From Chlorokybus atmophyticus (Eukaryota; Plantae; Mesostigma and Chlorokybus algae), in assembly GCA_009103225.1 (NCBI GenBank), contig RHPI01000797.1:936059-1000058 (forward strand): a stretch of 64,000 nucleotides of DNA. Reading direction: 5' to 3'. The notes under the pieces were generated by a model that saw only the letters and a list, made by a program, of their open reading frames with translations, was not told the DNA's origin and did no database searches. The translations under genes were made by a program, and so were the position numbers. Numbering within the stretch: the stretch's first letter is position 1; every line of letters starts with the position of its first letter. Shown here in pieces: positions 1-12,739 of this stretch.

Positions 1-1718
1 GAGGCTACCTCACCCCACAAGGGAACACCACACAAAGAGGAAGAGCTGGCATGGTAGGAGAGCAACAACTCCGTACCGTCCTCATACAATAAACCATCAT
101 GCTACACAAATCCGAGGGCATTGGATTACAATAGATGATGGGGATGCAAGAGGGCAGCGCAATCGAACCCGGGTCTCAAGCTCCGAGACCAATGTCACTG
201 CCAACTCGACCATAAAAGACTTGGTGCTCTTATAGTCGATGTGTGGTAATACTAGGGTGGAGATTAACTCCACATGTCCGCACCACTCAACCTCAGCGGA
301 TATGCTGCCAAAGAGCACTTGTTGTTACACAAGCTGGGTTATCTTTCGCTTTTGCTAAGCGCTATAAGACATGCTACAGCATGTTGCAGTAGCGTGTCCA
401 GCAAGCATGTCTTTCCCTTCAACTATCCGAGACAGCATGACCCTCGACTCTCCTCGGCCCGACAATTTCAACATTTTCGTTAACAACATTGTGTTCAAGT
501 GAATACGCGTCAACAAAATACAATGTCATGATTACTTATGTAATTATGAAATACTGAACACGGATCACGTTGTTCCCATCTTCGCCTTGCCTTGCCTATT
601 GCAACCAACCATTGCACTGCATTGCACGCAGGCATATAATAAATGGGTTTGGAGGTGGGTAAAGTTGAAGCTATATTCCTAAACCTTATTTCTTGTTTAA
701 ACAATTCGTATGATGGGCGATATTCGAGCTCGAAAGCGATCACTTGCCTTGCATGATATCGCCCATCATATCAAGTGCGGATTTCATGCTGTGTGGCCAT
801 GGTGCAAAAAGAATTTGGTCCGTTTGCATGTACCATCATACTGTACGTATTAAGCATGTGGTAAAGCTATGGTAGCTATTGCAAGAGCAGGTAACCGTAT
901 GCATTTATATACTAATATCATATAAAGTTGTTACTATAGCTAGGTATTTAAGAGGCCATCTTACAGCAGTATTTAGCGAAACGTGTTAATGTATATGAAA
1001 CGATTACTGAACGTACATACGACGTAATCATCTTGCATTGACGTTATGTATACATCATCGACACAAACCTTTACTAAGTAAGCAAATGCGTTTATGTGAG
1101 ATGAGGTTTGTAAATGCAAACATTTTCAAGCATACAACTAACTGCTTTTTGAGTGTCATACTTATGTATTTATTTTGATGTTGTGTTTTACTTAATTATA
1201 AACATTAACAGAAAGTGTTAACACTGAGGATGTAAATGTACACTTAAGTGTACATGTAAAGTGAGCCGCTTGCCCCCGCATTATTGACTCAAGATATCTA
1301 TTCAACGATGGATATACATGCATCGTTGGGTAGGGTAAATCGCCTCAACTTCGTAGTCGCCCCCAATTTTGTAAAAGGTGGTTAACAAGTGTTGTAAGGC
1401 GCATTTCAACCCCGATTGGCTTGAGACCAATATGATAACTACTAGGCATGTGTAGGCTTGTAATGATCCGAGAATTGTTATAAACGGACAAGTATGGCAG
1501 TTATTTATATATAAGTGTATAAGGTCCAATAGCCTGATGGCAATAAGCACATTTTTCGTGTCGGTGATGATGTGACTTTGTTTTATCATAACGTTGACAG
1601 CTGTTGGTTAAATACAATAAATGCAAACGACTCCTCTCGTAATGCTTTATCTGTTTGTATATTGATCTGTTTATATGTTTTCATTACGTTTGACGTAGTG
1701 ATGTAAATGTTACATGGA

Positions 1719-2269
<551 letters not shown>

Positions 2270-2929
2270 GGGATTCCGCATAACAATTTGAGTGAAGTGT
2301 GAAAGTAGCAAATGTTGGCTGTTGGGTTTGAGATTTGGCTTGGCGCCTCATTCTAACGTGCTAGGCTGTTTGAAATGCGCTAAGGTAGTGGTCAATGCAC
2401 TGCAAGTCGATTGTAATGGCCTGATAAACCTCATGGTGAGGGCTAGGGGTTGTTGAAGTCCGCATTTCAAGCAAAGGTGTATGCAAGTTAATGCATGCAA
2501 GTGTGAGTATTGTGAATAGCAAAGAGGCAGCCAGTTTAGTGCAAAGTTTGCTTAAGGGTACGAGTCCTAGCTACCTCTACCTCTACCTCTACACCACCCA
2601 AGACTGCCATTATTTATTACAGCCAGCAGAAGAGCACGGGTGGGTGATGTATGCATCTGCACAGCATCATCAACATTGTGGCCCCGTCCCACGCAGACCA
2701 CCCATGTCTTACATGTTACTGCTCGTGTGTACAGGGCAGCAAGCGCGTGAGATCCAAGACCCCACGCAGCAAAGGTCCCTGAGGCAGCTACTTAAAGCAC
2801 TCAGACAACCTGAAAGACATAGCAAGGGTTCAACCCTTGCTATGTCTTACTCACAGTTGACAGCACTTACAAGTTGTAAGTGCTGTCAACCGTGATTGCA
2901 TGTCGGTGGGCATTGCCACTGCAGAGTTG

Positions 2930-4420
2930 AACATGCCACAACTTTGCGTGACTACCGCATGCGCTCAAGAAACTGCCAAGTTCAGTACACAGAGCAAGGG
3001 CCGCTGCACGTGTAAGCAATATTATGAATGCATATGAGTTAGGATGGCATATGCAAGCAGCTGATCTGATGCCTTGTGCAACTGCGCACAGGGGTTCAAG
3101 TGCTCAACTTCTGCTGATGCACAGGAGGAGGACCTGGCTGAGTACGCGCAAGCAAGTAAGCAAGTAGGACGTGCTATGACATGGACAGAGATCTGCTTTG
3201 CAGGAGGCAAACGTCTTGCCAAGGACAGAAGAAGCTTGCAGTTGAAACATGGTGTACCTGGACAGAACTGGTGTGATGCATATGAAGCTAAAAGGAACCT
3301 TTCATCCCGCAAGGCTAAAGCTTTGGATCGCTTATGCAGGGTGGGCCTCAGCAGGCTCGTGGTGGAGCACTGCTTCAACCTGCTAAAAGAGGTTGTGTAA
3401 AGGACTTGGGTGTGGGACATGACAGAGTCATCTCCGCGAACGAGATAAGGATTAAACCTGACACAGCAATGCAAATTAGAGAATCATAGTGGCAAGGTAT
3501 GTGTATCCATGCGTGTGCAATGCATGAGCACAACAACTGTGTGCACAATGTGTGACATACATGTGATGGAACGCAGTGGTTCCAAGTGCGCACAAGCTGC
3601 GACGACAGGCTCAAGAGAACAAGTTACTATCATGGCAGCGGTCTCAGGAGCTGGCTATGCATTTCCCCCTTGGTGATACTTAAAGGACAGAGATTGAGCA
3701 AGGATAGTAGTGGCTTTGCAAAGGAAGTGTCGCTTGCCCGCTTCAAGGCACAGGACATTGCTTGCAATGGGATGACCACCGAGATGTTTGTGGTGTGGTT
3801 GGAGATGATACACCACACTCCAAGAGGCGTCTCTGTTACCAAGCCTGCCCTGCTTGTAATTGATGGACATGTTAGCCGTCACAACGCTGCCATGGTCACC
3901 TTTGCCAGAGAGCATAGCCTGCACGTCCTCATCCTTCCACCCCACACTACCTACAGACTGCAACTTGATTGAGTATGGGACGTGAGATGCTTTCATCTAT
4001 TTAAGGAAGAGTACCGCAAGCAATATGCAGCAAGGCAAAGACAACGTTACAACTTCCACCGGAGTCGAGAGGAGTTTTAGCGCATGCTCGTGCAAGCTAT
4101 CTATGCAGCCATGGCACCTCAAACCATAAACGGCTTTTGTGCATGCGGATTGTGGCCTTTGAACAAGCACTGTGTGGACAAGTACCTTCCACGTGTGCTG
4201 CCGGAAGGACTCCTGGGTGCTTTGCTGAAAGCCATCAATGCTGAGGACGCTGCAAAGCCTAGTGCCCCCAACCTAGAGGTGGATGACTGCACCACCGGCA
4301 TAGAAGCTCCAACGAAGACGAGGAGAGGGCTGAAGGCTGCCCACCTCCTCATCAGTGTGCAGATGCATGCAATGTTGAAAGAGCAGGACAATGAGAAGGA
4401 ACAATGCGAAGGAACAAAGT
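2930..4420 (+). mobile_element. Degenerate pogo/Tc5 (Fot1-like) DDE_1 transposase relic
   Basis: CENP-B-type HTH-like segment at 3074-3400 (EEDLAEYAQ...HGVPGQNWCDAY..K.NLSSRKAKALDR). DDE_1 motifs LLVIDGHVSRH and ILPPHTTYRLQLD at 3586-3972, and INGFCACGLWPLN at about 4120-4160. The reading is broken by stops and frameshifts. No TIRs identified. Confidence 0.8.
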
Positions 4421-5703
4421 AGGCAAGCCAAGCTGAGAAGGCAAGAAGAAAAGGCTGACAAGGCTGAGGCTGCAAAGCACGCAGCTGCTTAGAAGGCAGC
4501 CGTACAAGCAGCCAAAAAGGCTGCCAGTGAAGCCAAGAAATTCCTGGAGGCAATGGAGAAAGAGGAGAGGAGAGCGGCTAGGCACGACAAGCAGCTCTAA
4601 AGAAGGAGGCTGAGGAGATAGCCTGCAAGGAGCAGTAGCAGAGTGAGAAGATAAAGGCGGAGGCGATGGCGATCCCATGCGGATACGAGTGGGACAGTGT
4701 CCTGTACGGCTACCAGCAAGGAGACCCTTTTGCAGATGTGGCTGAGGACTACGCAGACAACCGCTTCATCCCTCACTCAGATTATAGGGAAGCCAGAGCC
4801 CGCTGAAGAGCGAAGAGGAAAGCTGCTGCAAACAAGCCACAGTATAGCATGGTCCTTGCATGACTATGCGCCCATGTACATAGGCCTAGACTTAGACTTA
4901 GACATACTGGAAGACATTGCAACATATATGAACCCTTACTTTCACGTTTGCTCGTGCATGCATGACCACACACATTTACACGCACATGCTTGCATAAGCA
5001 CTGCATGCACGCACAGGCTTACACACAGCAACCAAACCCTTACAAACAGGCTTCCACAAGCACAGCAATCAAAACCCTTGCTGAATATAAACACAACCAA
5101 CCTACTACATACCTTGAACACGCACGCTTAGCCCAACCCACCCACGCCCACGCCTACACCACGTGTGCCAGCGCCGCCACCATGCATACAATTATGCAAC
5201 AACTAACCATGCTTGGCGCCAAGGTTGCACGCAATCTTGGCGCTATGAAACGGCTGCAGGCAATATAAGCCCATTAAGAGCCTTGAAAATGCAGCCAACA
5301 CAGCCTGCACCGCCCTGCCTGCCGCTAACAGGCATTTCAACACCCCTCAGCACGCCACACGAAGAGCTGCGGTACGCCAGCGCTTTGCCGAGCGTGTGCG
5401 GCAGTACCCCATAGACTGCACAAAGTCGGACCTGGCTAACCGGAACGCAAAGTAGGCGGCCATGAAAGCCGTAGCGGTAGCGGTCTGCAATCGCCGAAGC
5501 CAGGGCGTTGCCAAGCAAGTCAGTGCACGCACACTGCATTCTATACCACGTCCACACCAATAAACGCAGGAACAAGCACACGCACATGCTTGTGTGCACA
5601 CAAGCGTACACACTACTATTTTGTATACACACTCGTACTCACCTATGCCCGTGCAACGCACGGGCACACGCAAATGAACACGCAGATGGTCTGACACACG
5701 CAT

Positions 5704-6070
5704 CACACGGCTTGACGTTCAAGGACCAGATATGGTCCTTCCACGGACCTCGCGCACCATACATGGTCCGTCCGCCGCGGGCCAGGACTGCCTGGTCCGC
5801 GGGGGACAGACCGTTCCTGGTCCGTTCGGGGCCCCGAATCCTGGTGCGTGGTCGCGCACCGGACATGGTGCGGCCGGATCAGATATACCACCGGTTCGAT
5901 CGGCCGCGAAAGTCTGGACCATGCATGGTGCGCAGTCGGACCACTGGTCCGGGACCAGGCATGTTTCCGGTTCGATTATCACTGGGTATACGGACCATGC
6001 GTGGTCTGCGACTGTCAATGAATGGAACTTTAATGCGACAGTCCATGGTTGTACGAACCATGCATGGTGC
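5704..6070. repeat. Left subterminal array of GGACCA-N4-TGGTCC-type palindromes
   Basis: Examples: GGACCAGATATGGTCC at 5723-5738 and GCACCATACATGGTCC at 5754-5769, plus many half-sites, irregularly spaced. Confidence 0.8.
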
Positions 6071-6599
6071 GTACTAGGGTTTGTACCTACGCCTCGCTGA
6101 CTTGGCAGATCAGCACATGCAAGCTGTACACGTCAGCAGAGTTAGCCCGAAGACTGTACGAGCTTGACAGCAGGACTGTCGTTGCTGGGACTGGAGCGGT
6201 GGAGGCGGCGGCTGCGGCAAACGGTAGGTGGTCTTGATAGCTTGGCATGTGAGTTTGCTGCCTTTGCTCAGTCCAACAACAGCAGCATTCGTGCACAATT
6301 GAAGCAGCAGTTTGTTCGTTGCAGAATACGCGAGCACAACCAGTAGTGCAGCTGCAGCAGCCATGGTCACATGGTACACAGTACGCGTTTAGTACGTGAG
6401 CGGTGGTGTACGCGTACATACATGTACCCATTTATGCCAGTACGTGGCAGTACGCTACAGTGGCAGTTTTGTCGTGTTGCTTCACGAGCATCAAGCATGC
6501 TACTTGCGTACATGTGCACAACAGTAAACAATGAGCAGAGAACACTATGTTACAGCGAAGCATGTGTGCAGACATAGCCCATCACATGTGTCTGCCTAG

Positions 6600-9118
6600 T
6601 TACACCGAGTAATCATCAGACTCGCCCCCCTCATCATCATTACTAGACAACACGTCCACATCAGAGTCTGCCTCCCACTCAACAAACTCCTGCACATAAT
6701 GTGGGTTGTGGATCTTCTTCAGCTGCCTCAAGTTGGTGAAGACAAACACCAACTTCTCTGCCCTGCGTGCTTGCAGCCGATTCCTTCTCTTTGAGTGGAT
6801 GAAGTCGTACGTGCTCCAGGATCTCTCACAGCTACAAGCTGATGATGGTTGAGCCAACACGCGCATCGCTAGCTGCTGCAACTCGGGTACACTACCACCA
6901 TACATGTGCCACCAAGCATGCGCGGGCATTGTGAGAGCCGCTCGTTGCACTGCCTCTTTGCCGAACAGCCCCATCTTACTTCGGTACATGTGTAGCTGTT
7001 GCAACGCCAAGTCAACCTTGTCATGGGACTGCAGGACCCTCTCCACCATCGTTGCAAAGCCTTCCATAACTTCCTCATTGGTGTGCTGCTCATGACCCCA
7101 ATATTCGGGATCCAGCACATAGCCTGCTGCATGCATGTCACTATGCAGCATGATCCACCTGTCCCTCCAACAGGCGCGCACATCAAGTCGTTGTTGTTCA
7201 GTCATGCCCTTCAGATGCTTGAGCTGGTCGCCAACACGAAACATCTTGGCGTACACTTTGCCTATGGTGGGCAAGTTCCCATCAACCAAACGCAGCAGAT
7301 CCACGATGGGGGCCGACACCGCATTCACTAATGCCACTTGTGACCAGAAATCTGGTGCCAAGATCAACGCTCTGACTGCAGCAGCTTCTTGCTTATGCAC
7401 ACCCTTGTCGGCCCAAGCCTTCCAGTCCCTGCTCACCACCACCTCGTCGAGAGCGTCTTTGACCTCGACTAGCCTTGCAAGAGTTATGAATGACGTTGCG
7501 AAGCGAGTATCTCCTGCACAACAAGTAGCTATGAGCAAACAAGCACGCGCATGACATGAGCATGCATGCATGCGCGGGCAATCAGCTGCAATTTCACATG
7601 GTTGCTGTCTACCATTAATCTTGCGCTTGTACTAAGTTGATCTCTAACTACACACATGCACGCATGCTATTTCACCTGGCTTGAGCAGCTCTAGCTTGGC
7701 TTTGGAGCGGAAGATGGCCAAGGAACGATGGTGGTTGGTAATGAACTTCACTATGCGTTTGCCATCAGCCACCACGCTTTTAACCCACTCCAACTTGCCT
7801 ATATCCTCAAGCAATAAGTCCAAGCAATGCGCGGTGCACGGCGTCCATGTGATGTGCGGGTATTCGCTAGTGATCAGACGTGCAGCAGCTACGCACACGC
7901 TTGCATTGTCCATGACAACTTGTATCACATTCGCGGACCCCACCTGCAAGTTACACACATAAGTACTTGTGTTGTGTGCGTGTATGAGCATGCGTGTGTG
8001 ATGCATGTGCTCACAAAGTGCTGCCAGTCAGTGCGTGCATGTGTCACACGCATAAGTACTTGTGTTGTGTGCGAGCATGAGCATGCGCGTGTAATGCATG
8101 TGCTCACAAAGTGCTGCCAGTCAGTGCATGCATGTGTCACACGCATGCGTACTTGTGTCGGGTGCGAGCATGAGCATGCGCGTGTGATGCATGTGCTCAT
8201 AAAGTGCTGCCAGTCAGTGCTTGCATGTGTTACTTAGCATGGTTGTGTACACAATCTATAATGGCAATGAACGAGTGCACCACTTACTTCATCAATGGTG
8301 GAGATCAGCTGCTCGGATACATACTCCGCCGTCTTCTCCTTCCCTTCCGTGTTGATTGCTTGAAGAAAAACTTCTCCTTTAGGACTCACCATGAGCACAT
8401 TCAACAATGGACGGTTGGACGTGTCCGACCATCCATCGCTAGCAATTGTGCATGAGGTTTCTCGTGTTGAGTCCTTGATGACTGCAAGTTCGCCATTCAC
8501 CCTAGCATACTCCTTTTCCAACAAGGTTGTGCGAAGCGCCTCGGATGAGGGAGGGGTATATGAAGCGCCAAACTTGCCAACCGCTTTCATTGCTGCGATA
8601 AAGTAAGGGGACCTTGCCACGTTGAAGGGGATGCCATTGCTGAAGAAAAACCGAGCAATGGCTTCATCCACATGCGCTTTATCCCCACGCTTGAAAGTTG
8701 CATCAAGAGTTTGTTGTTGACTAGAAGGAACGGTGGCGCTTGAATCTATAGCACAATGTGATTGATTTGATGCGTGATGAGCAGCACCACTGCTTGCCAA
8801 GCTTCAATGCATGCACGCATGCATTCAAGTACCTGCACCAGCATCCCCAATGGCGGATGTGAGTTGATCTAGCAAGTCCAACCTCCTCCTCTTCTCACCC
8901 TCTTTCTCCTTGTCTTTCTTGGCTTGTGTAAGTTGCAAGACGATCTCCTCGGGAGGGGTTGTGCACTTGGTGACTCCACGTTCACCACTCAGATGGGCAC
9001 CAATACGTGAAACACTTCCTGTCCACTCGTGCTCGCAATAAACACACCTCACACGAAAGTTGCCATGAGGCTTTCTCTCTATTATGTCGACGTGCTTCCA
9101 CAGCGCACTTTGCGTCAT
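6600..9118 (-). CDS. hAT transposase (BED zinc finger, DUF659-like region, hAT C-terminal dimerisation domain), ~641 aa, 4 exons
   Basis: Proposed exons 9118-8833, 8745-8288, 7943-7676 and 7513-6600 sum to 1926 nt in frame. Motifs: WKHV..CVYC..H (BED), SDGWSD, VMDNA, CTAHCLDLLLED, PGDTRF, SSACSCERSWS. Confidence 0.9.
7953..8232. repeat. Three-copy 93-bp minisatellite in hAT intron 2
   Basis: The CAT(AA/GC)GTACTTGTG unit recurs at 7958, 8051 and 8144. Confidence 0.9.
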
Positions 9119-12100
9119 TCTAACATAAACAAACACTATTATGAACACATGCAAATCACATATAGCACGTTGATGGTATGACTTGCAGGCTGCATGATGT
9201 ATGATGGGCGCATAGCCAAGCATGCAGGCAACCAGTGCATACCCACGCACACACCTTGTAGCTAATGGCTATCAGGCGCAGCTACAGTAGCTTGAGAGAT
9301 GAAGCTTGCAGCTAAAGGAGCGCCGTTCCCACCTGCCTGCCGCCGCTAACGCCGCCGCTGCCGCCAACTATGTTGCCTGCACCGCCGCCTAGTTACACTA
9401 GACTGACCAGTTACGGTTGAGATACAGTGCTAAGCTGTATCTCAGCGTAACTGGAGCGTAACCCAGTTACACTGGCGTACAGACTGCGTACAGACTGCGT
9501 ATTAGGTACGCGGGGTCTCTGTACGCGTCCAAACGCGTACTATTGGTCTAAAAGTCGCGTACCTTGTGACCATGGCAGCAGCATTGCAGTCAGGTGTATG
9601 CTTGGTACCAACAACAGCACCGTGCACAATTGTAGCAGTTGTTGTGTTTGTTTGAATATACGCACAAGCACAAGCAGCACTGCTGCCGCAGCAGCGCTTG
9701 CTGCCGTTGTCTTCATTTTACTTGTTACTTGTCATTGTTGTCATTGTTGTCAATATTATGATTCGTCCTGCTTTTGTCGACACGTTTTCGGCTGCTGCTG
9801 CTAGCAGCTATCGTTGTAACTGTTTGTCCATGTCCATGTTATTAGCGTCTTGCTATTGGGTTTACATAACGGTAAGGTTCATGCACGGGAAAGTGAGTAT
9901 TGACTGGCAAGAGGATTGGTTGACAGTAGCGCAAGCATAATCAAAGAGATCAAGCAAGATTATCATGGTCCGTTGCATGAGCAGTTGACTATATATAACA
10001 TACTATAGCACCGGCAGTTGTTGATGGTATGCATTATGAGCAGCTAGTATGAAGAGATGACAGAGCTGAAGAAACTTATGAGGAGAGCACACAAGGGAGG
10101 AATCGCTGGAGATCCTCGCCCTTTCCAGGAACAACTTACAGGTCAGCGTGTACTGGAGGAAGACATTGCTAGCAACTTTATACTCTGCACGCGCGCACAT
10201 GCACTCCCACATCCGCACACGCAGGCGTACTCTCACTATCCCATTCCCCCTTCCCTTCCTCCGCCCTCACCCAACAGGCCCTCCCCCCAACCACCAACAA
10301 TGCAGCCTAAATTGTTGGGTTTGGTGGAGAGACATCCCTTTACGAAGCCCATTCCTTTAAGACCATCTCCCTGAACAGCTGCAGCCTTTGACTAATAGTG
10401 GGAACTGTTGATCTTCACCCACCCCCTCCCTTGATAGTCTCGGACTGTCATGCGACACCCACTCAGCGAGGTGCGCACACAATTCTGCTCTGCCCTTTGT
10501 CTAGGCATTAGCTAAGCTTGTGCTTCTGCATGTACACACATTACGCGATTGCACGCTTGATAGTTGCAGCAAATGCAATTGCCAATGGCGCCAAAGACGC
10601 CAGCTGCGCGCTTCACACGAGCGCTGCAACTTTTGGCTATGGCAACAAGCAGAGTTTGCACCAGCTGCTCAGGCGTATAGAGCACAACCAGTCCAATATT
10701 GCAGCCCTAGCAAGTGCCGGTTAACGCAGGCCATGGCTGCACTGGAGACACTCTGCCTTTCATGCCTCGTCATCCACAGCCCGGACCCACACCAGCCACA
10801 ACAATATCAGCAGGTGCGTATGCATGCGTGGTTTACATATGCGTGTCTGCATGTAAGCATGCATGTGCATGAGTGTGTTCCGCAAGCGCCTACCTAGCAT
10901 CATCAGTTTGGTGATGAACGCAGCTGACGAGGGTCATGCATAATTTAGGCCTCCGTCAGGAAGCTTATGTGAGAGAGGCGGCTCAGTAATGCTGCCGGTA
11001 AGTGTCAAAGTGCTCTTGTACAAACACATATGCACGCGCACACACGCAGAGACACGCATGCACACATGTGCATGGGTGTGATTGCATGTGCCTGCGTGGC
11101 ATGCAAGTACATGCACGCGCACACTCGCTGAAGCACAAGTAGTGTGGCACCCGCATGCTTATTTTCTATGTCCCAATCATCTCTCCCTCCCTCGTCCCCC
11201 CTGTCATTCAACTTACCTTCCTCCCTGCCCCTCCAACACAGCCCTTCCCACGACAGCAGCCCTCGACTGTTTGCTGCCGACAGTCGGAGACTGTTAATTA
11301 CCTAGCCCACAGCCCTTCCCTTAACATCCCTCCGCTGTTGTTGACAGTCGTTCCAACATCACCAACAACAACCAACAGTCCACGACTGTTGGTTGTTGCC
11401 AATCGTTGCAAGCATCCAGCGCTTTGAAGGTGCGCGCAAAGGTCTGTACTCTGGCTGGCGTTTGCGCATGCACGCAAGGCAAATGCGCAGGCCAACGAGG
11501 CTTCATTGCACATTGTGGCAGGTGATTACTGTGTGTTATACTCATGCACATATAAGCCTATGCACAGTATCGCGCGTGCATACAAACAGTGACAATCCCA
11601 CTCCCTCGCGCACGCACGCACGCACGCATGCGCATGCACGCTTACTTGCACGTACATACGCTTGCAGGCCCTGCAATATACATCTATCATTGCCACTTCT
11701 GCGCTTTTGAGATAGCATGGCTCTTGGAAAGCACACCGGTAGGGTGTTTTGTCGCTCCCTCGCTCTGCTAAACCTCGGCCACAACATAAATAGGTAATAT
11801 GTGTGCATGCATGCGTGGTGTACATGTGGTTTGCGTGCGCATGTGTAAGTGTGTTGTTGCGTAAGTACCTAGTATATATTGGTTTGCACAATGTGCACAC
11901 AACCCGGTACCTTAGTGAGGCTCATCATCAGCATTTTCAACAACAGCAATTGTTACCAACAACAACCATCATAACAACCCGCGCTCAACCTTGACAGCCG
12001 AGGGCTGTGGGAAGGGTTGTCTTTCCGACAGCCGTCGGCTGTCAATGATAGTTGAGGCCTGTTAGTTGGCCAACAGTCTAGTCGAATAGTTGCTAGGCAC

Positions 12101-12739
12101 GCACGCACATGTTTACGCACGCGCCTGTGCAGGTTGTGCACATGCGTGTACGTGAACAATCAGTTTGATCATTCAACAGCCATGTAGACGGTCAAACACA
12201 TGCCACTGGCTTTTGGCAAAAGCATGCACACACATACACACATACTCACACACGCGCGTGTGCAGTACAGATGCCGACATTTTTCAGCAGGATCACTTGA
12301 GTGATGCGTCATTGTGGCTTGCTCGTCAGCTAGCTGTGGAGAAGCACGAGGCCACAAATCCGACTTGTGAGTCAGCGCCAGCAAGGTGCGAGCGACGCAA
12401 GGTCTACTCTGTCTCTAATGCGGTCTCGCGTGCCCACGCGCATGAATGCATAGCCGCACGCCAATGCACAGCTCTGCAGACACGAAAACCGCCATGTGTG
12501 ATACATGCCAACAGTTCCACAACACATGCACGCCACGCGCGCATGCACGCACATCTGTACAATGACTCACAGGTGCGCAGGCCTTGCAAGTGCTCTGGAA
12601 TTATGGCGCAAGCTAGCAATATGAAGGACGGGGCTGTAGTGTAGTTACCCTCAATAGGCATAGAGTAGTTATTTGCTGTTTGTATATGAAGCGAAAATAT
12701 GCATTTCCGTTTCTCTTCTTGCAAATACAAAACCAATAG

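Larger units (their letters stand above)
6362..9574 (-). mobile_element. hAT DNA transposon, apparently complete (3213 bp)
   Basis: 16-bp TIR CATGGTCACATGGTAC (6362-6377) / GTACCTTGTGACCATG (9559-9574) with one mismatch. Exact 8-bp TSD GCAGCAGC (6354-6361, 9575-9582). GTACGC-rich subterminal repeats and an internal transposase. Confidence 0.95.

Noticed and set aside
97-318. 73-aa minus-strand ORF at the window start
   Set aside because: No recognisable motif or splice context; probably a decayed repeat.
1370-1510. KCCKAHFNPDW segment faintly like a THAP finger
   Set aside because: Too short, interrupted by stops, and lacking the other THAP residues.
5720-6070. Palindromic repeats resembling a CRISPR array (also 12740-13100)
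   Set aside because: Irregular spacing, variable repeats, eukaryotic context and no cas genes; better explained as TE subterminal repeats.
9800-12700. Possible CACTA transposase or captured gene inside the CACAC element
   Set aside because: Only short stop-interrupted frames; no Transposase_21 or other motif could be recognised.
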